Shown here one piece after another: positions 39,304-49,139 of a DNA stretch of 64,000 nucleotides; the first letter of the stretch is position 1; the number at the start of each line of letters is the position of its first letter. Source of the DNA: Spirochaetia bacterium (GTDB lineage: Bacteria > Spirochaetota > Spirochaetia > DSM-2461); the NCBI GenBank assembly GCA_963666985.2, contig CAXXIA010000002.1:768001-832000 (forward strand), read 5' to 3'. The position numbers were made by a program, and so were the translations under genes. A model generated the notes under the pieces. The model was not told the origin of the DNA. It made no database searches and saw only the letters and a list, made by a program, of their open reading frames with translations.

Positions 39304-40256
39304 GGGAAAATCCTTGCAATCAAATACGAAAGCCAGAAGAACAGCGCCGGAATAAGAAATGTGCGGTAGAGTCCTCTGCCGATAAAGCGGATCCCCCGGC
39401 TTTCCGAGAATTTTCGATCATCATCGATGGCCGATATCAGTTCGGCCGTTGCTCCGGGACGGGAAAGGAGATGAAAAGAACCTCCCGTCTCTTCGGATAA
39501 TCGCTTCAATTCTTCGGTTTCGGCTCGGCTCACCACCGGCCTGCCGGAAGAATCCTTAACATAAGAACCGTCTCCCAAAGGGATGGTCGTGCCTTCCGCC
39601 GTTCCCGCGATAAGTACATGAACGGGGATTCCGGACTCCGCCAGTTCTCTTCGGATTCCATCCGTCCGGCCGGTAAGCGATTCCCCGTCACTGACGATAA
39701 CCAAAGCGCGGTTGCGTCCCTCTCCCGGAGGGAAGGTCTCCATAGCCGTTTTAAGCGCCGATTCAACATCGGTTCCGCTTTCGGTGGACAATCCCGGCCC
39801 AAGACGCTCCATCCACAGATCAAGAACAACCCGATCTTCGGTCATGGGAACCAAAAGCCTCGCATCGCCTTTGAAGGGCACCAGGGAAAAGCGGGCATTA
39901 TCCAATCCTTTGACAATCTGCCTGAGGGAGAGCACGGATTTTTCCAGACGGCTGGGTTCCAAGTCCCGGGCAAGCATGCTTCTCGAAACATCGAAGGCAA
40001 CCGCGACGTCCAGCCCTTTCAGTTCTCCGGTAACGGGCATTCTTCCGTTTTTAGGATCCGCGGCCGCCAGCACCGATAAGATGAAAAAGACGGTCATCGA
40101 GAAATCCCGCAGAAACGCGCGAACCTGCCATTCGATACCGCCCCGCGTCATCCCTGCGATCTTTTTCCGGGCACGAAGAGCCGAAACCAGGGCCGCCGTA
40201 ACGGCCAGAGGGACCAAAAGGAGTCCCCAGAGTGTCGACGGATAGCCCCAAATCAC
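39288..40256 (-). CDS. VWA-domain protein (BatB-like)
   Basis: DVSRSMLARD.EPSRL, VPMTED, SDGE. Confidence 0.85.
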   Translation of the reverse strand: MIWGYPSTLWGLLLVPLAVTAALVSALRARKKIAGMTRGGIEWQVRAFLRDFSMTVFFILSVLAAADPKNGRMPVTGELKGLDVAVAFDVSRSMLARDLEPSRLEKSVLSLRQIVKGLDNARFSLVPFKGDARLLVPMTEDRVVLDLWMERLGPGLSTESGTDVESALKTAMETFPPGEGRNRALVIVSDGESLTGRTDGIRRELAESGIPVHVLIAGTAEGTTIPLGDGSYVKDSSGRPVVSRAETEELKRLSEETGGSFHLLSRPGATAELISAIDDDRKFSESRGIRFIGRGLYRTFLIPALFFWLSYLIARIFPWRRT

Positions 40257-41254
40257 GGTATTTCCCCCATGATGAGTTTGCGAACCAGATAGGAGAATAA
40301 AGCCAGAACGGCCGCGGCGATCACGAAGGGCCGATGCATCGGCCGCGTCGTTACTCGGACACTCACCCTCCGTTCAATGGTTTCCAAAGAATCCACCGCT
40401 TGGAAAACGGTCTCCAACGCGCCGGGGCTGTTGGCCCTCCAATAACCGCCGCCGGTAACCTCGGCTAAAGCGCGAAGCTCTTTTTCATCGAAATCCGTAA
40501 CAATCGTTCCGCGGGTAATGACTCCGGTTTCCGGATCGACCAGTTTTATGGGATTTTCTCCCTCGCTGCCTATGCCGATGGAATAAATACGGATATTCCG
40601 CTCCGCGGCCAGCTTCGCCGCCGTGTCCGGCCGAATCTCTCCGGCATTATCATCACCGTCGGTTAAAAGAAGAATGATTTTATCGGGGGCGGTTGATTCG
40701 GCCAGGTGCAGCGCCGCCACCGCCAGCCCCATGCCGACGGCGGTATCGTCGCCCAATTCACGAATTGTCAGCTCATCCAGCCGATCCAGCAGCCAGGCGT
40801 AATCCGCCGTCGGCGGACAGCGGAGAACCGCCTCGCTTCCGAAGGTAACCAGGCCGATGGAATCCCCGGACCGTCCGGAAACGAATCTGTGAATCATCTC
40901 CCGCGCCGTATCGAAACGATTCCCCGGCGGAAAATCACGCGCCGCCATACTGGGCGATTGATCCAGGACAATCATGATATCGATGCCGCGGGTTAAATGA
41001 ACCTCTTCCCGGTTGATGAATTCGGGGCCGGCCAGTGCCGTAATCAGCGAAATCCCCGCGGCCCAGAAAGCCAAATCCGTCAGGAAGACGGCGGCGCGAA
41101 GCCATGTTCGAGGCTGGGTGAATCCGTCTCCTCCCCAAATCCGAAACGGGAAAACGATGCGGCCGCCTCTGTTTCGCCAGAAATACCTTACCCAGATAAG
41201 AATGGGGAAGGCAAGGAAGGCCGCGAACCAGCCGGGATTATTGAAGCTGAACAT
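40253..41254 (-). CDS. VWA-domain protein (BatA-like)
   Basis: F..P N-terminus, LAGP, DQSPSM, PPTAD, TAVG, LLTDG. Confidence 0.88.
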   Translation of the reverse strand: MFSFNNPGWFAAFLAFPILIWVRYFWRNRGGRIVFPFRIWGGDGFTQPRTWLRAAVFLTDLAFWAAGISLITALAGPEFINREEVHLTRGIDIMIVLDQSPSMAARDFPPGNRFDTAREMIHRFVSGRSGDSIGLVTFGSEAVLRCPPTADYAWLLDRLDELTIRELGDDTAVGMGLAVAALHLAESTAPDKIILLLTDGDDNAGEIRPDTAAKLAAERNIRIYSIGIGSEGENPIKLVDPETGVITRGTIVTDFDEKELRALAEVTGGGYWRANSPGALETVFQAVDSLETIERRVSVRVTTRPMHRPFVIAAAVLALFSYLVRKLIMGEIP

Positions 41255-42116
41255 CGATTTTTTCCCAGTCCGCGACGGCAGATTCCACCGAGTCGAGAGT
41301 TCGTGCCAAGGACACATCGTCGGCGAATCTGCCTGCGAATTTCACCATGTCCCCTTCCTTCAGAATATCCAGAAGACGGGCCGCCGGCGTCCCGGCCGCT
41401 CCGAACGAAGGCATTCTGGAAATCTCCGCGGTTGTAAAACTGCGGTAATCTTCCCCCGTTTTCTCGCCGAAATAGATCCGAAGTCCGTCGGTAAGCTCCG
41501 AAAACCAATCGGATGCCGACTCGGACCCGACACCCCCTTTCAGCTTTTTCAGCAGTCTTCGCAAACGGCGCGCGGGACGTCCTATTCGGTAAGCTTCCCT
41601 GGATCGGCCGATCCAATTCCAAATCAGCCGACCCAAAGCGTACAGAAGGAAAGGAGCCATTGCGGCCAAAGAAAGCGCCAAGGCAACGGCCAAACGCGTT
41701 CCCGGAAGAAGAAGCTGCCCTCTCAAATCCCGCACTCCGTCGTAGGAGGCCTCAAGAATCGAATGTGTGGGAACTTTTATATCGCCAAGCTGCATCGTCC
41801 CTAAATCAATAACGGGCAAAGAACGGGTTCCGGCGGCAAAAGGAACAAAATCAATAAAAACCATGAATCCGCCTTCCGCCGGTTCCACGGAAACGGATTT
41901 GATTTCCACCCAATCGGATTCCGGGGGAACTTCGGGAGCCTGAAGCGCTATTTCTTCTTTACTTTCAATGAATATGCCGGCTCTGACGGCATCCCCCACA
42001 TAGAACGAAGGAGGAGAAAACTGGAGTTCCTTGACAAGAGCCTGGGCGCCAAGGCCGCCTGAAACAATCGTGAGCAGAAGGAAGAGAAGGAACGTCCAAA
42101 GAGGTATCGGCCTCAT
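41238..42116 (-). CDS. Bat-operon-associated membrane protein
   Basis: Signal peptide, VGD, TM segment, TTAEI...DMVKFA. Confidence 0.7.
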   Translation of the reverse strand: MRPIPLWTFLLFLLLTIVSGGLGAQALVKELQFSPPSFYVGDAVRAGIFIESKEEIALQAPEVPPESDWVEIKSVSVEPAEGGFMVFIDFVPFAAGTRSLPVIDLGTMQLGDIKVPTHSILEASYDGVRDLRGQLLLPGTRLAVALALSLAAMAPFLLYALGRLIWNWIGRSREAYRIGRPARRLRRLLKKLKGGVGSESASDWFSELTDGLRIYFGEKTGEDYRSFTTAEISRMPSFGAAGTPAARLLDILKEGDMVKFAGRFADDVSLARTLDSVESAVADWEKIDVQLQ

Positions 42117-42985
42117 GCCTCGCGTCTCCGGCGGAAAAAAGCCTGGAGGCTTTCGGCGGGTTCTTCATCGGTTCCGACTTCCAGAGTATCAACACCGGCG
42201 CTGCGGCATCCCTCCAGCCAAAGCCTGCGATGGTCGTCCCAGAATTCCGCGTATTCCTTTCTTAAAACGGAGGATCGCCCCCAGAGAGTCATTCCCTCTC
42301 CGGTTTCGGGATCTTCCAATTCCAAGAGACCCGTTTGAGGAAAGGCTTCATCCAGAGGATCGGAGATCCGAACGGCGATAACATCATGTTTCCTGGCCAA
42401 AAGCGCCAGTTCCGGCTGATAGCCGTCGCAGCGGAAATCGGAAAGTACGACGACGATACTCTTTCTCTTCAAGGTTTGGGCCGCGGTGCGAAGAGCCCCT
42501 CCGAGATCGGATCCCCGTCCGACCGGCTTGTAGCCGAGAACATCGCTGATCTGCCGGAGCACATGCTTTCGCCCTTTCCGCGGTACGATGAGTCTTTCGA
42601 TGCGATCGGTGAACAAAAGACAGCCGACCCTGTCGTCGTTCGCGACGGCCGCCAGCGAAAGAAGCGCGAACAGATTTCCCGCCACTTCCCTTTTATCCGC
42701 CTCTCCCGTGCCCATGGCCAAAGACGCGGACATATCCACAAGGAGGAAAAGAATCAGTTCCCTCTCTTCCTTGAAGGTTTTGGAATAAGGCGAAGTCATC
42801 CGGGAGGAAACATTCCAGTCGATAAAGCGGACATCGTCGCCGTATGCGTAATCGCGGACTTCATCGAACTCCAAACCGGGCCCCTTGAACACGGAATGGT
42901 AATTCCCCGCGAAAAGACTTTCGACGAGTTTCCTGGATCGAACATGGAGATGCCGAACCCTGGACGGCAAATCATCATGAATCAT
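42113..42985 (-). CDS. DUF58 family protein
   Basis: GLEFDEVRDY..GDDVRFIDWNVS, DMSAS, LSDF. Confidence 0.92.
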   Translation of the reverse strand: MIHDDLPSRVRHLHVRSRKLVESLFAGNYHSVFKGPGLEFDEVRDYAYGDDVRFIDWNVSSRMTSPYSKTFKEERELILFLLVDMSASLAMGTGEADKREVAGNLFALLSLAAVANDDRVGCLLFTDRIERLIVPRKGRKHVLRQISDVLGYKPVGRGSDLGGALRTAAQTLKRKSIVVVLSDFRCDGYQPELALLARKHDVIAVRISDPLDEAFPQTGLLELEDPETGEGMTLWGRSSVLRKEYAEFWDDHRRLWLEGCRSAGVDTLEVGTDEEPAESLQAFFRRRREA

Positions 42986-43962
42986 CAGGGAACGGAAACC
43001 GCGGCGAGCAGCCCTTCGATAACGGCGTCGGCATTCATTTGCTCCGCCTCGGCCTCATAGGAAAGAACAAGCCGATGGCGCAGAGCCATGGGCACAACCG
43101 CTTTAACATCCTCGGGGATAACGAAGGAGCGTCCCTCGAAAAGGGCCTGAACCCGAGCGCAGCGATAGATGGCCAAGGAAGCCCTTGGGGAGGCTCCGTA
43201 TTCGATGTAGCGGGTAAAAGGAAGCTTTCGCCGGTCCTTAACGCGGCTGGCGGCCACAAGAGAGACAATGTACCTGCGGATGCTTTCCTCGGCCTTGACG
43301 AATTCGGCGGCATCACGAAGCCGCCGAACCTTGTCCCGGTCGAGAATGCGCGTAAGAGGAATATCCGGATCGTCAACCATCCGCTCCAAAACCTCCAGTT
43401 CTTCGGCGGGACTCGGATAATCGACGTTCACCTTAATGAGGAACCTGTCCAGCTGTGCCTCGGGAAGGCTGTAGGTTCCTTCCTGTTCAATCGGATTCTG
43501 GGTGGCCATAACGAAAAACGGATCCGGAAGGGGATAAGTCTGTTCGCCGATGGTTACCTGCTTCTCGGACATGGCCTCAAGGAGCGCGGATTGAACCTTG
43601 GCCGGAGCCCGATTAATCTCGTCCGCCAGGACGACATTGGAAAATACGGGTCCTTTCCTCGGAACAAACTCGCCGGTCTGCTGTTTATAAATCATCGTTC
43701 CGGTAAGATCGGCGGGAAGAAGATCGGGGGTAAACTGAATCCGTTTAAACATCGCCGAAATAACATCGGCCAGGGTTCGGACCGCAAGAGTTTTCGCCAG
43801 ACCGGGAACGCCTTCCACCAGAACATGACCGCCCGCGATAATGCCGGTAAGAAGACCGTCCAGCAGAACGGATTGACCGACAACTCGTTTGCTCATTTCG
43901 TTTCGCGTCGCGCTAATGAGATCGCCGGCGGCTTTTATCGTATATTCATTTCCGAATTCCAC
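42985..43962 (-). CDS. MoxR-family AAA+ ATPase
   Basis: GVPGLAKT, RIQFTPDLLPAD, DEINRAPAKVQSALLEAM, GASPRA. Confidence 0.95.
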   Translation of the reverse strand: MEFGNEYTIKAAGDLISATRNEMSKRVVGQSVLLDGLLTGIIAGGHVLVEGVPGLAKTLAVRTLADVISAMFKRIQFTPDLLPADLTGTMIYKQQTGEFVPRKGPVFSNVVLADEINRAPAKVQSALLEAMSEKQVTIGEQTYPLPDPFFVMATQNPIEQEGTYSLPEAQLDRFLIKVNVDYPSPAEELEVLERMVDDPDIPLTRILDRDKVRRLRDAAEFVKAEESIRRYIVSLVAASRVKDRRKLPFTRYIEYGASPRASLAIYRCARVQALFEGRSFVIPEDVKAVVPMALRHRLVLSYEAEAEQMNADAVIEGLLAAVSVP

Positions 43963-43981
43963 TCTGTTAATCGTCCTTTTC

Positions 43982-45256
43982 CTATGTCCTGTAATCGGTG
44001 TTTATTTTAACGTATTCTTCCGAAAGATCGGATGCGATTATAGCGGAAGAAGCCTCTCCGAGTCCCAAGTTCACTTCAATCTCAATCCGTTTTTCATGAG
44101 CCGGCCAGCGGGGTGCGGGAAGAGGAAGTTCCCGTTCTTTTAAGTACCGGTTTAAGGATTCCTCCAAGGCGCCGTCAAGTTTGAATTCCCCCGAAGAATA
44201 CACTTCACGGCCGCCGATGGTCAGAACGGTCCGTTCTCTGGAGAAATTGATGCCGAGCCTGCCGCAGGCGGCTCCTATGGCCTGAAGAATTCGTCCGATG
44301 TTGGGATCGTTCCCGCGAATGGCGGTCTTCGTCAACGGCGCGTTGGCCACCGATCGGGCCAGAGCCGTCGCCGTCGGTTCATCGGGAGCGCCGGATACGA
44401 TGATTCTGAAAACATGGCCGCAGCCCTCGCCGTTTCTGACGACATCCTCGGCCAAGGCCGAGGATGTTTCGAAGAGAGCCGAAGCAAATGCCTCATCACC
44501 CGGATAAGGCCGCTTCCGGGAAGAAAGGAGAATCACCGTATCGCTGGTGCTCATTTCCCCATCGACGCTGATTCGGTTGAAGCTCCGCTTTACGACATCG
44601 GACAAAATACGCCGGGCCGCATCGCGCGGAACATCAACATCCGTAAGAAGATAAGAGAGCATCGTGGCCATATTCGGCTCCACCATGCCCGCCCCCTTGG
44701 CGGTGCCGACGATGCGGCCTTCGCCGCAAGATGCGCAGCGAATTTTGGGCCAGGCATCGGTGGTCATGATGGCCTCGGCGAAAGGAAGAAGGCTGTCCGA
44801 GCGGCGTTTTTGCACCAAATCGGGCATCGCGGTTTCCATCGCCTCAACCGGCAGCGACCATCCGATAACACCGGTGGATGAAGGGATAAACGGCGCCCGA
44901 TCTCCAAGTGCCGTCCGCATCGCTTCGGCCAAGCGGCGCGAGGCTTCCAATCCGCCGGAGGCACCGACATTGGCTACCTTGTTATTCACCAAAACCCCTT
45001 GTATCAGGGGAGCATCCAGCAGCTCCCGACCGACCAGCACCGGCCAGCCCGGAAAGGCGTTTTTCGTGAAAACACCGGCAAAGGAAGATGTGGGTTCGGT
45101 TGTCCGAAGAAGAGAAAGCTTCATGTGAAGAACGCCGGCATCCGGTTTCTCAACAGGAGTAAAATCCAAAGAGGTTACGGCAATTTCAAATCCTTCGGGA
45201 AGGAGTGCTTGAGATTCGAGGAATCCCCGCCATGCATCGGAATCGAAGTAATCCAT
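43982..45256 (-). CDS. argJ: Glutamate N-acetyltransferase / ornithine acetyltransferase
   Basis: STGVIG, IMTTD, KGAGM..PNMATML autocleavage site, STSD, GEG, DYRT. Confidence 0.93.
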   Translation of the reverse strand: MDYFDSDAWRGFLESQALLPEGFEIAVTSLDFTPVEKPDAGVLHMKLSLLRTTEPTSSFAGVFTKNAFPGWPVLVGRELLDAPLIQGVLVNNKVANVGASGGLEASRRLAEAMRTALGDRAPFIPSSTGVIGWSLPVEAMETAMPDLVQKRRSDSLLPFAEAIMTTDAWPKIRCASCGEGRIVGTAKGAGMVEPNMATMLSYLLTDVDVPRDAARRILSDVVKRSFNRISVDGEMSTSDTVILLSSRKRPYPGDEAFASALFETSSALAEDVVRNGEGCGHVFRIIVSGAPDEPTATALARSVANAPLTKTAIRGNDPNIGRILQAIGAACGRLGINFSRERTVLTIGGREVYSSGEFKLDGALEESLNRYLKERELPLPAPRWPAHEKRIEIEVNLGLGEASSAIIASDLSEEYVKINTDYRT

Positions 45257-45403
45257 AGGGAGTTATGATAGCGGACATGGACCTTATGCGTCCACGTAAG
45301 ATCATAAAGAAACGGAACGGACGAACCGGTTCAATCACCCGAAACAAGGGCGGCGGCAAGAACACTATATCCCGCCGCTCCCTCATACCCTATTTTGTTT
45401 GGA

Positions 45404-45592
45404 TTATTCCGCTCCGGCCGCCGCAGAGAGTTTTTCCCCGGATTCATACAACAAAAGATTCGATTGAAAATCCGCATTCGCACCGCCCGCATCGGCCCGA
45501 TTCTCGTCCGGATGCGATTCCGCCGCATACCGGCACGTGCCGGTATCGCTTTCGGAGAACCAAGAGGCCAAACCGTATGTAAACAGATCCAC
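45404..45592 (-). CDS. Possible small acidic protein (62 aa, GTG start)
   Basis: AAGGAGG RBS; start lies 2 nt after the stop of the upstream small ORF. Confidence 0.3.
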   Translation of the reverse strand: MDLFTYGLASWFSESDTGTCRYAAESHPDENRADAGGANADFQSNLLLYESGEKLSAAAGAE

Positions 45593-45594
45593 GG

Positions 45595-45717
45595 TTATGC
45601 CTCCTTCCTCTGCATGAGGCTTCCGATCACCGACGGGGTGAACAATGATGCCGGTACGGTTTCGCAAGCGGGACTCCGTGCCGGTTGAGCGGGCGGCCGA
45701 CTCCTTCTTTTATTCAT
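45595..45717 (-). CDS. Possible small basic protein (40 aa)
   Basis: GGAGG RBS 7 nt before ATG. Confidence 0.3.
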   Translation of the reverse strand: MNKRRSRPPAQPARSPACETVPASLFTPSVIGSLMQRKEA

Positions 45718-46198
45718 ATCTTTCCTCCGCTTTCGGCCGGATGAGGAAACATCGCCCTTGGATTTCCAATCAAAAGCGGCGGATTCTTCATGAAGCCGAA
45801 CATTCTCGAACATACAGCCGGAAACCGATACAGACTATTTCGTCTTCGTTCGATTCCCGTTAAGAATCGGGAATAAGATAAAGACCGCTTCCGCTGATGT
45901 TCCGGTCTCTTCTCGTCCTCAATTCCTCATTCTTAAATAAGCAATGACCATACCAACCGTGAACAGGGCCGCAGGGACGGGAAAAGCATGATCCGAGGGA
46001 TCTGCCCGGTTTTTTTCGCCGAATTGGTAGGCAAAAATCGCCATTTTAAATAAACCGCCGGAGAGAACCGGCCCCGGCCGAAAACCGAGGCCGCATGCAT
46101 CAAACCGCGCCGCATGCCGAAATCGGCCGCCGGAAATCATGCCGGAGGATCGGCTTAAGGAAACAGCGCATCGGACCGATTCGGTGTACTATGGGCCT

Positions 46199-47080
46199 AT
46201 GCCGTTTAAAAACCCCCTAACCCTGGCCCTTCTTATCGGTTTGATCGGACTGGCGTTTATTCTCCTCATTACGGCCGTTCGCGGTTTTAGAAGAAAGCGG
46301 TTCGGCGATTCGTCGCCGGGAATCGGTCAGGACGAACTCCTGCGCCGCATCTCCCGGCAGCTCGATTCCCTGGATACAATCGGCCGGCGCGTCGAGGGAC
46401 TCGATAGGGCCTTCCGCATTCCCAGAGTCAGAGGAGGATTCGGCGAGTCGCTGCTGGAAGAACTGCTGGGAGCCTGGCTGCCGCGGGGTTCGTGGACGGC
46501 GCAATATACATTTCCCGACGGCACCCGGGTGGACGCCGTTATCCGAATGGGCAGGCATCTGGTTCCGGTGGATTCGAAATTCCCGCTGGAACGGATTGAA
46601 AAGTGGCTCATGGACGATGAGGCGCCCCTGAACGGGGAAGTGCGGCGCGCTCTCACGGGTCATGCGGAGGGAATCGCGGCGAAATATATCCGGCCGGAGG
46701 ATGGAACGCTGTCGTTCGCCCTGATGTACCTTCCGGCTGAGAATCTGCACTACAGGCTGCTGCGGGACGACGACGGCACCATGATGCGCGCCTGCCTGGC
46801 CTGCGGAGTGCTGCCGGTGGGGCCCATGAGCCTTTTCGCCTATCTGCAGACGATTTCTTACGGTCTGAAAGGTCTGATGCTTCCCGAAGAAGGAGAAGAA
46901 CTCAGACGCCGCATAGGCCGTTTGCGCCGTGACTTCGAAGCCCTGCTGAAACCGCTGGCCACGGCGTCCACGCATCTGAAAAATTTGAATAAAAGCTGGG
47001 AAGATCTGGATCGGCGTTTCGGACGATTCGAGGATTCGCTTGAAGCGATGGACGCAACTCGGAATAAAAAAGACCACTGA
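46199..47080 (+). CDS. rmuC: DNA recombination protein RmuC family
   Basis: N-terminal TM segment, RGGFGE, VDAVI..DSKFP, KYI, ALMYLPAE. Confidence 0.88.
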   Translation: MPFKNPLTLALLIGLIGLAFILLITAVRGFRRKRFGDSSPGIGQDELLRRISRQLDSLDTIGRRVEGLDRAFRIPRVRGGFGESLLEELLGAWLPRGSWTAQYTFPDGTRVDAVIRMGRHLVPVDSKFPLERIEKWLMDDEAPLNGEVRRALTGHAEGIAAKYIRPEDGTLSFALMYLPAENLHYRLLRDDDGTMMRACLACGVLPVGPMSLFAYLQTISYGLKGLMLPEEGEELRRRIGRLRRDFEALLKPLATASTHLKNLNKSWEDLDRRFGRFEDSLEAMDATRNKKDH

Positions 47081-47295
47081 AGCGGTGCCGAAAGGACTCT
47101 TCCGCCGCCGGCGGAAATCGGCACTTAAACAGGATCGGAAAGAAACGAACCCCAAAAAACGCCGCCCCCGCACCCCGGCTGACGGACGTCATGAATCAGC
47201 GTGAGGATAATCCAAAAAACTTCTTAGCTCAGTCAGTGCCGATTGGGAGCATCTTTATCTGACCGTCCTCCGGGGCTCAAAACGATAATAAACGC

Positions 47296-48348
47296 ATGAA
47301 CAGAAAAAGAATTCTGATAACCGGAGGTGCCGGAGCCGTCGGTCTGGAAACGCTTCGCGAACTGGTTAAATCACCGGGATACATCGACCTAAGAGTTCTG
47401 GATCTTCCCAATAAGCGGACACGGCGGGCCTTGGCGCCGTTTGCGAACCGCATCCGTTATATTCCGGGTTCCGTCGATAACAAAGAAATCGTCGATGAAG
47501 CCGTACGGGGTGTTGATACGGTCATTCACCTGGCGGCGATTATTCCGCCCGAGGCCGATTCCAATCCCATGCGCACCGGCAGAACTAACGTTTGGGGAAC
47601 CCATTTGCTCATCGATGCCGTTAAGCGCCTGGCGCCGGACGCCTTTTTCCTATATGCATCCTCGATTTCCGTCTACGGAGACCGCCTGGAGACTCCCTGG
47701 ATTGTCGTGAACGATCCTTTGCGTCCGTCGGAAGGCGATATCTACGCCGCCGGCAAGATCACGGCCGAACGCCTGATCCGCCGCTCGGGTCTCAGGCATT
47801 CCATATTCCGCCTCACGGCCGTTATGAGTCCCTCCGTCGCGCGAGGCGGCCATATCGATCCGCTGATGTTCCACATGCCGCTGGACACCTCGCTTGAAGT
47901 GGCAAGTTCCCGAGATGTCGGATTCGCCCTTTCCAGAGCCGTTCATCATGAAACCGAATTGGATGGAAAGATTTTCAACCTGGGCGGAGGCCCCGCCTGC
48001 CGCCTTAAATACAGAGATTTTCTGCGCCGAACCTTCAATGCTCTCGGTCTGGATTTCGATAAAATTGATGAAACGGCATTCGCGACACGGAATTTTCACT
48101 GCGGCTTTTACGCCGATTCCTGCGAGCTGCAGAGTCTTCTGCATTTCCAGAGAGATTCGGCGGAAAGCTGTATCGAATGGATCTCCGACTCGGTCCCCCG
48201 CTGGAAGCATTTTTTCACCGGCATGGCGAAATCAGCCATTGAACGATTCCTGCTTGAGAAATCCGATCCCCGCAACGCTCTGAAGCAGGGGAACCGTGTG
48301 CTGATCGAACGATTCTTCGGAAATCAAAGGCCTCTTGCGGGCTGCTGA
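47296..48348 (+). CDS. NAD-dependent epimerase/dehydratase (extended SDR)
   Basis: TGGAGAVG, HLAA, SSISVYG, YAAGK. Confidence 0.85.
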   Translation: MNRKRILITGGAGAVGLETLRELVKSPGYIDLRVLDLPNKRTRRALAPFANRIRYIPGSVDNKEIVDEAVRGVDTVIHLAAIIPPEADSNPMRTGRTNVWGTHLLIDAVKRLAPDAFFLYASSISVYGDRLETPWIVVNDPLRPSEGDIYAAGKITAERLIRRSGLRHSIFRLTAVMSPSVARGGHIDPLMFHMPLDTSLEVASSRDVGFALSRAVHHETELDGKIFNLGGGPACRLKYRDFLRRTFNALGLDFDKIDETAFATRNFHCGFYADSCELQSLLHFQRDSAESCIEWISDSVPRWKHFFTGMAKSAIERFLLEKSDPRNALKQGNRVLIERFFGNQRPLAGC

Positions 48349-48397
48349 TCCCGCCTGTTTTCCAAGCCGGAAGAAGGGAACCCGTACTCCGAGACTC

Positions 48398-48994
48398 TTA
48401 TTCCAATTCGCCCCGATTTGTGATAATCCGCGAGATTAAGCCGTATTCCAAGGCTTCCTCGGCATTCAGCCAGTAATCCCTGTCGGTATCTTCCGAAACC
48501 TTTTTCACTTTCTGGCCCGTCTCGTCGGCGATAAGCTTATTAATCTTCTCCCGAAGCTTCTCAAGCTCCTTGGCGTGGATTTCAATCTCGGTCGCGACGC
48601 CGCGGATGCCCGAAAGCGGCTGATGAATCAGGAAATGCGCATTGGGCAGACTGAGGCGGTTCTCTTTTTTCGCGGCCAGGTGCACCAAAGCGGCGGCGCT
48701 GGCCACCGTTCCCATCCCGATTGTCATCACTTCGGGCTTCACGAAGCGAAGCATATCGAAGATGGCATACCCGGCATCGGCATCTCCCCCGGGAGAATCG
48801 ATGAAAACCTTGATGGAGTCATCACCTTCGGCTTCCAAAAGAAGCAGCTGCTTAATAAGACGTTCGGCCAATTCCTTGTTTATCTCTCCGGAAAGAAGAA
48901 GGGTTCGCGTTTTCAGAAGCTTGGCCTGAAGTCCGTCGAGACCGTTCTTATCCTGCTTTTCGTTTTTTTCTTCGTCGTTGTTCAAGTCAAACAT
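48398..48994 (-). CDS. clpP: ATP-dependent Clp protease proteolytic subunit
   Basis: IDSPGG, VASAA (Ser), IHQP (His), DRDYW (Asp), EALEYGL. Confidence 0.95.
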   Translation of the reverse strand: MFDLNNDEEKNEKQDKNGLDGLQAKLLKTRTLLLSGEINKELAERLIKQLLLLEAEGDDSIKVFIDSPGGDADAGYAIFDMLRFVKPEVMTIGMGTVASAAALVHLAAKKENRLSLPNAHFLIHQPLSGIRGVATEIEIHAKELEKLREKINKLIADETGQKVKKVSEDTDRDYWLNAEEALEYGLISRIITNRGELE

Positions 48995-49139
48995 ATATAA
49001 TCCTCGTTTCGGTCAATAATACCCGTATACGGCGCTTTGAAACAAATCCGGAGACAGGCCAAAGACCCGATCTCTTCCGCCGACGTGATTAACGTAATAT
49101 AGTGAGCTCGGAAAAAACAGACAAGGACGGGATGAATTC

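Noticed and set aside
36716..43962. MoxR-DUF58-Bat operon as a novel system
   Set aside because: This operon is already described in Bacteroides and spirochaetes; only the BatD/BatE-like fusion is mildly unusual.
45635..45704. c-di-GMP-II riboswitch
   Set aside because: Shares AACAATGATG...TTGAG but lacks the GCAC/GTGC pseudoknot and has no adjacent downstream gene; kept only as a generic structure.
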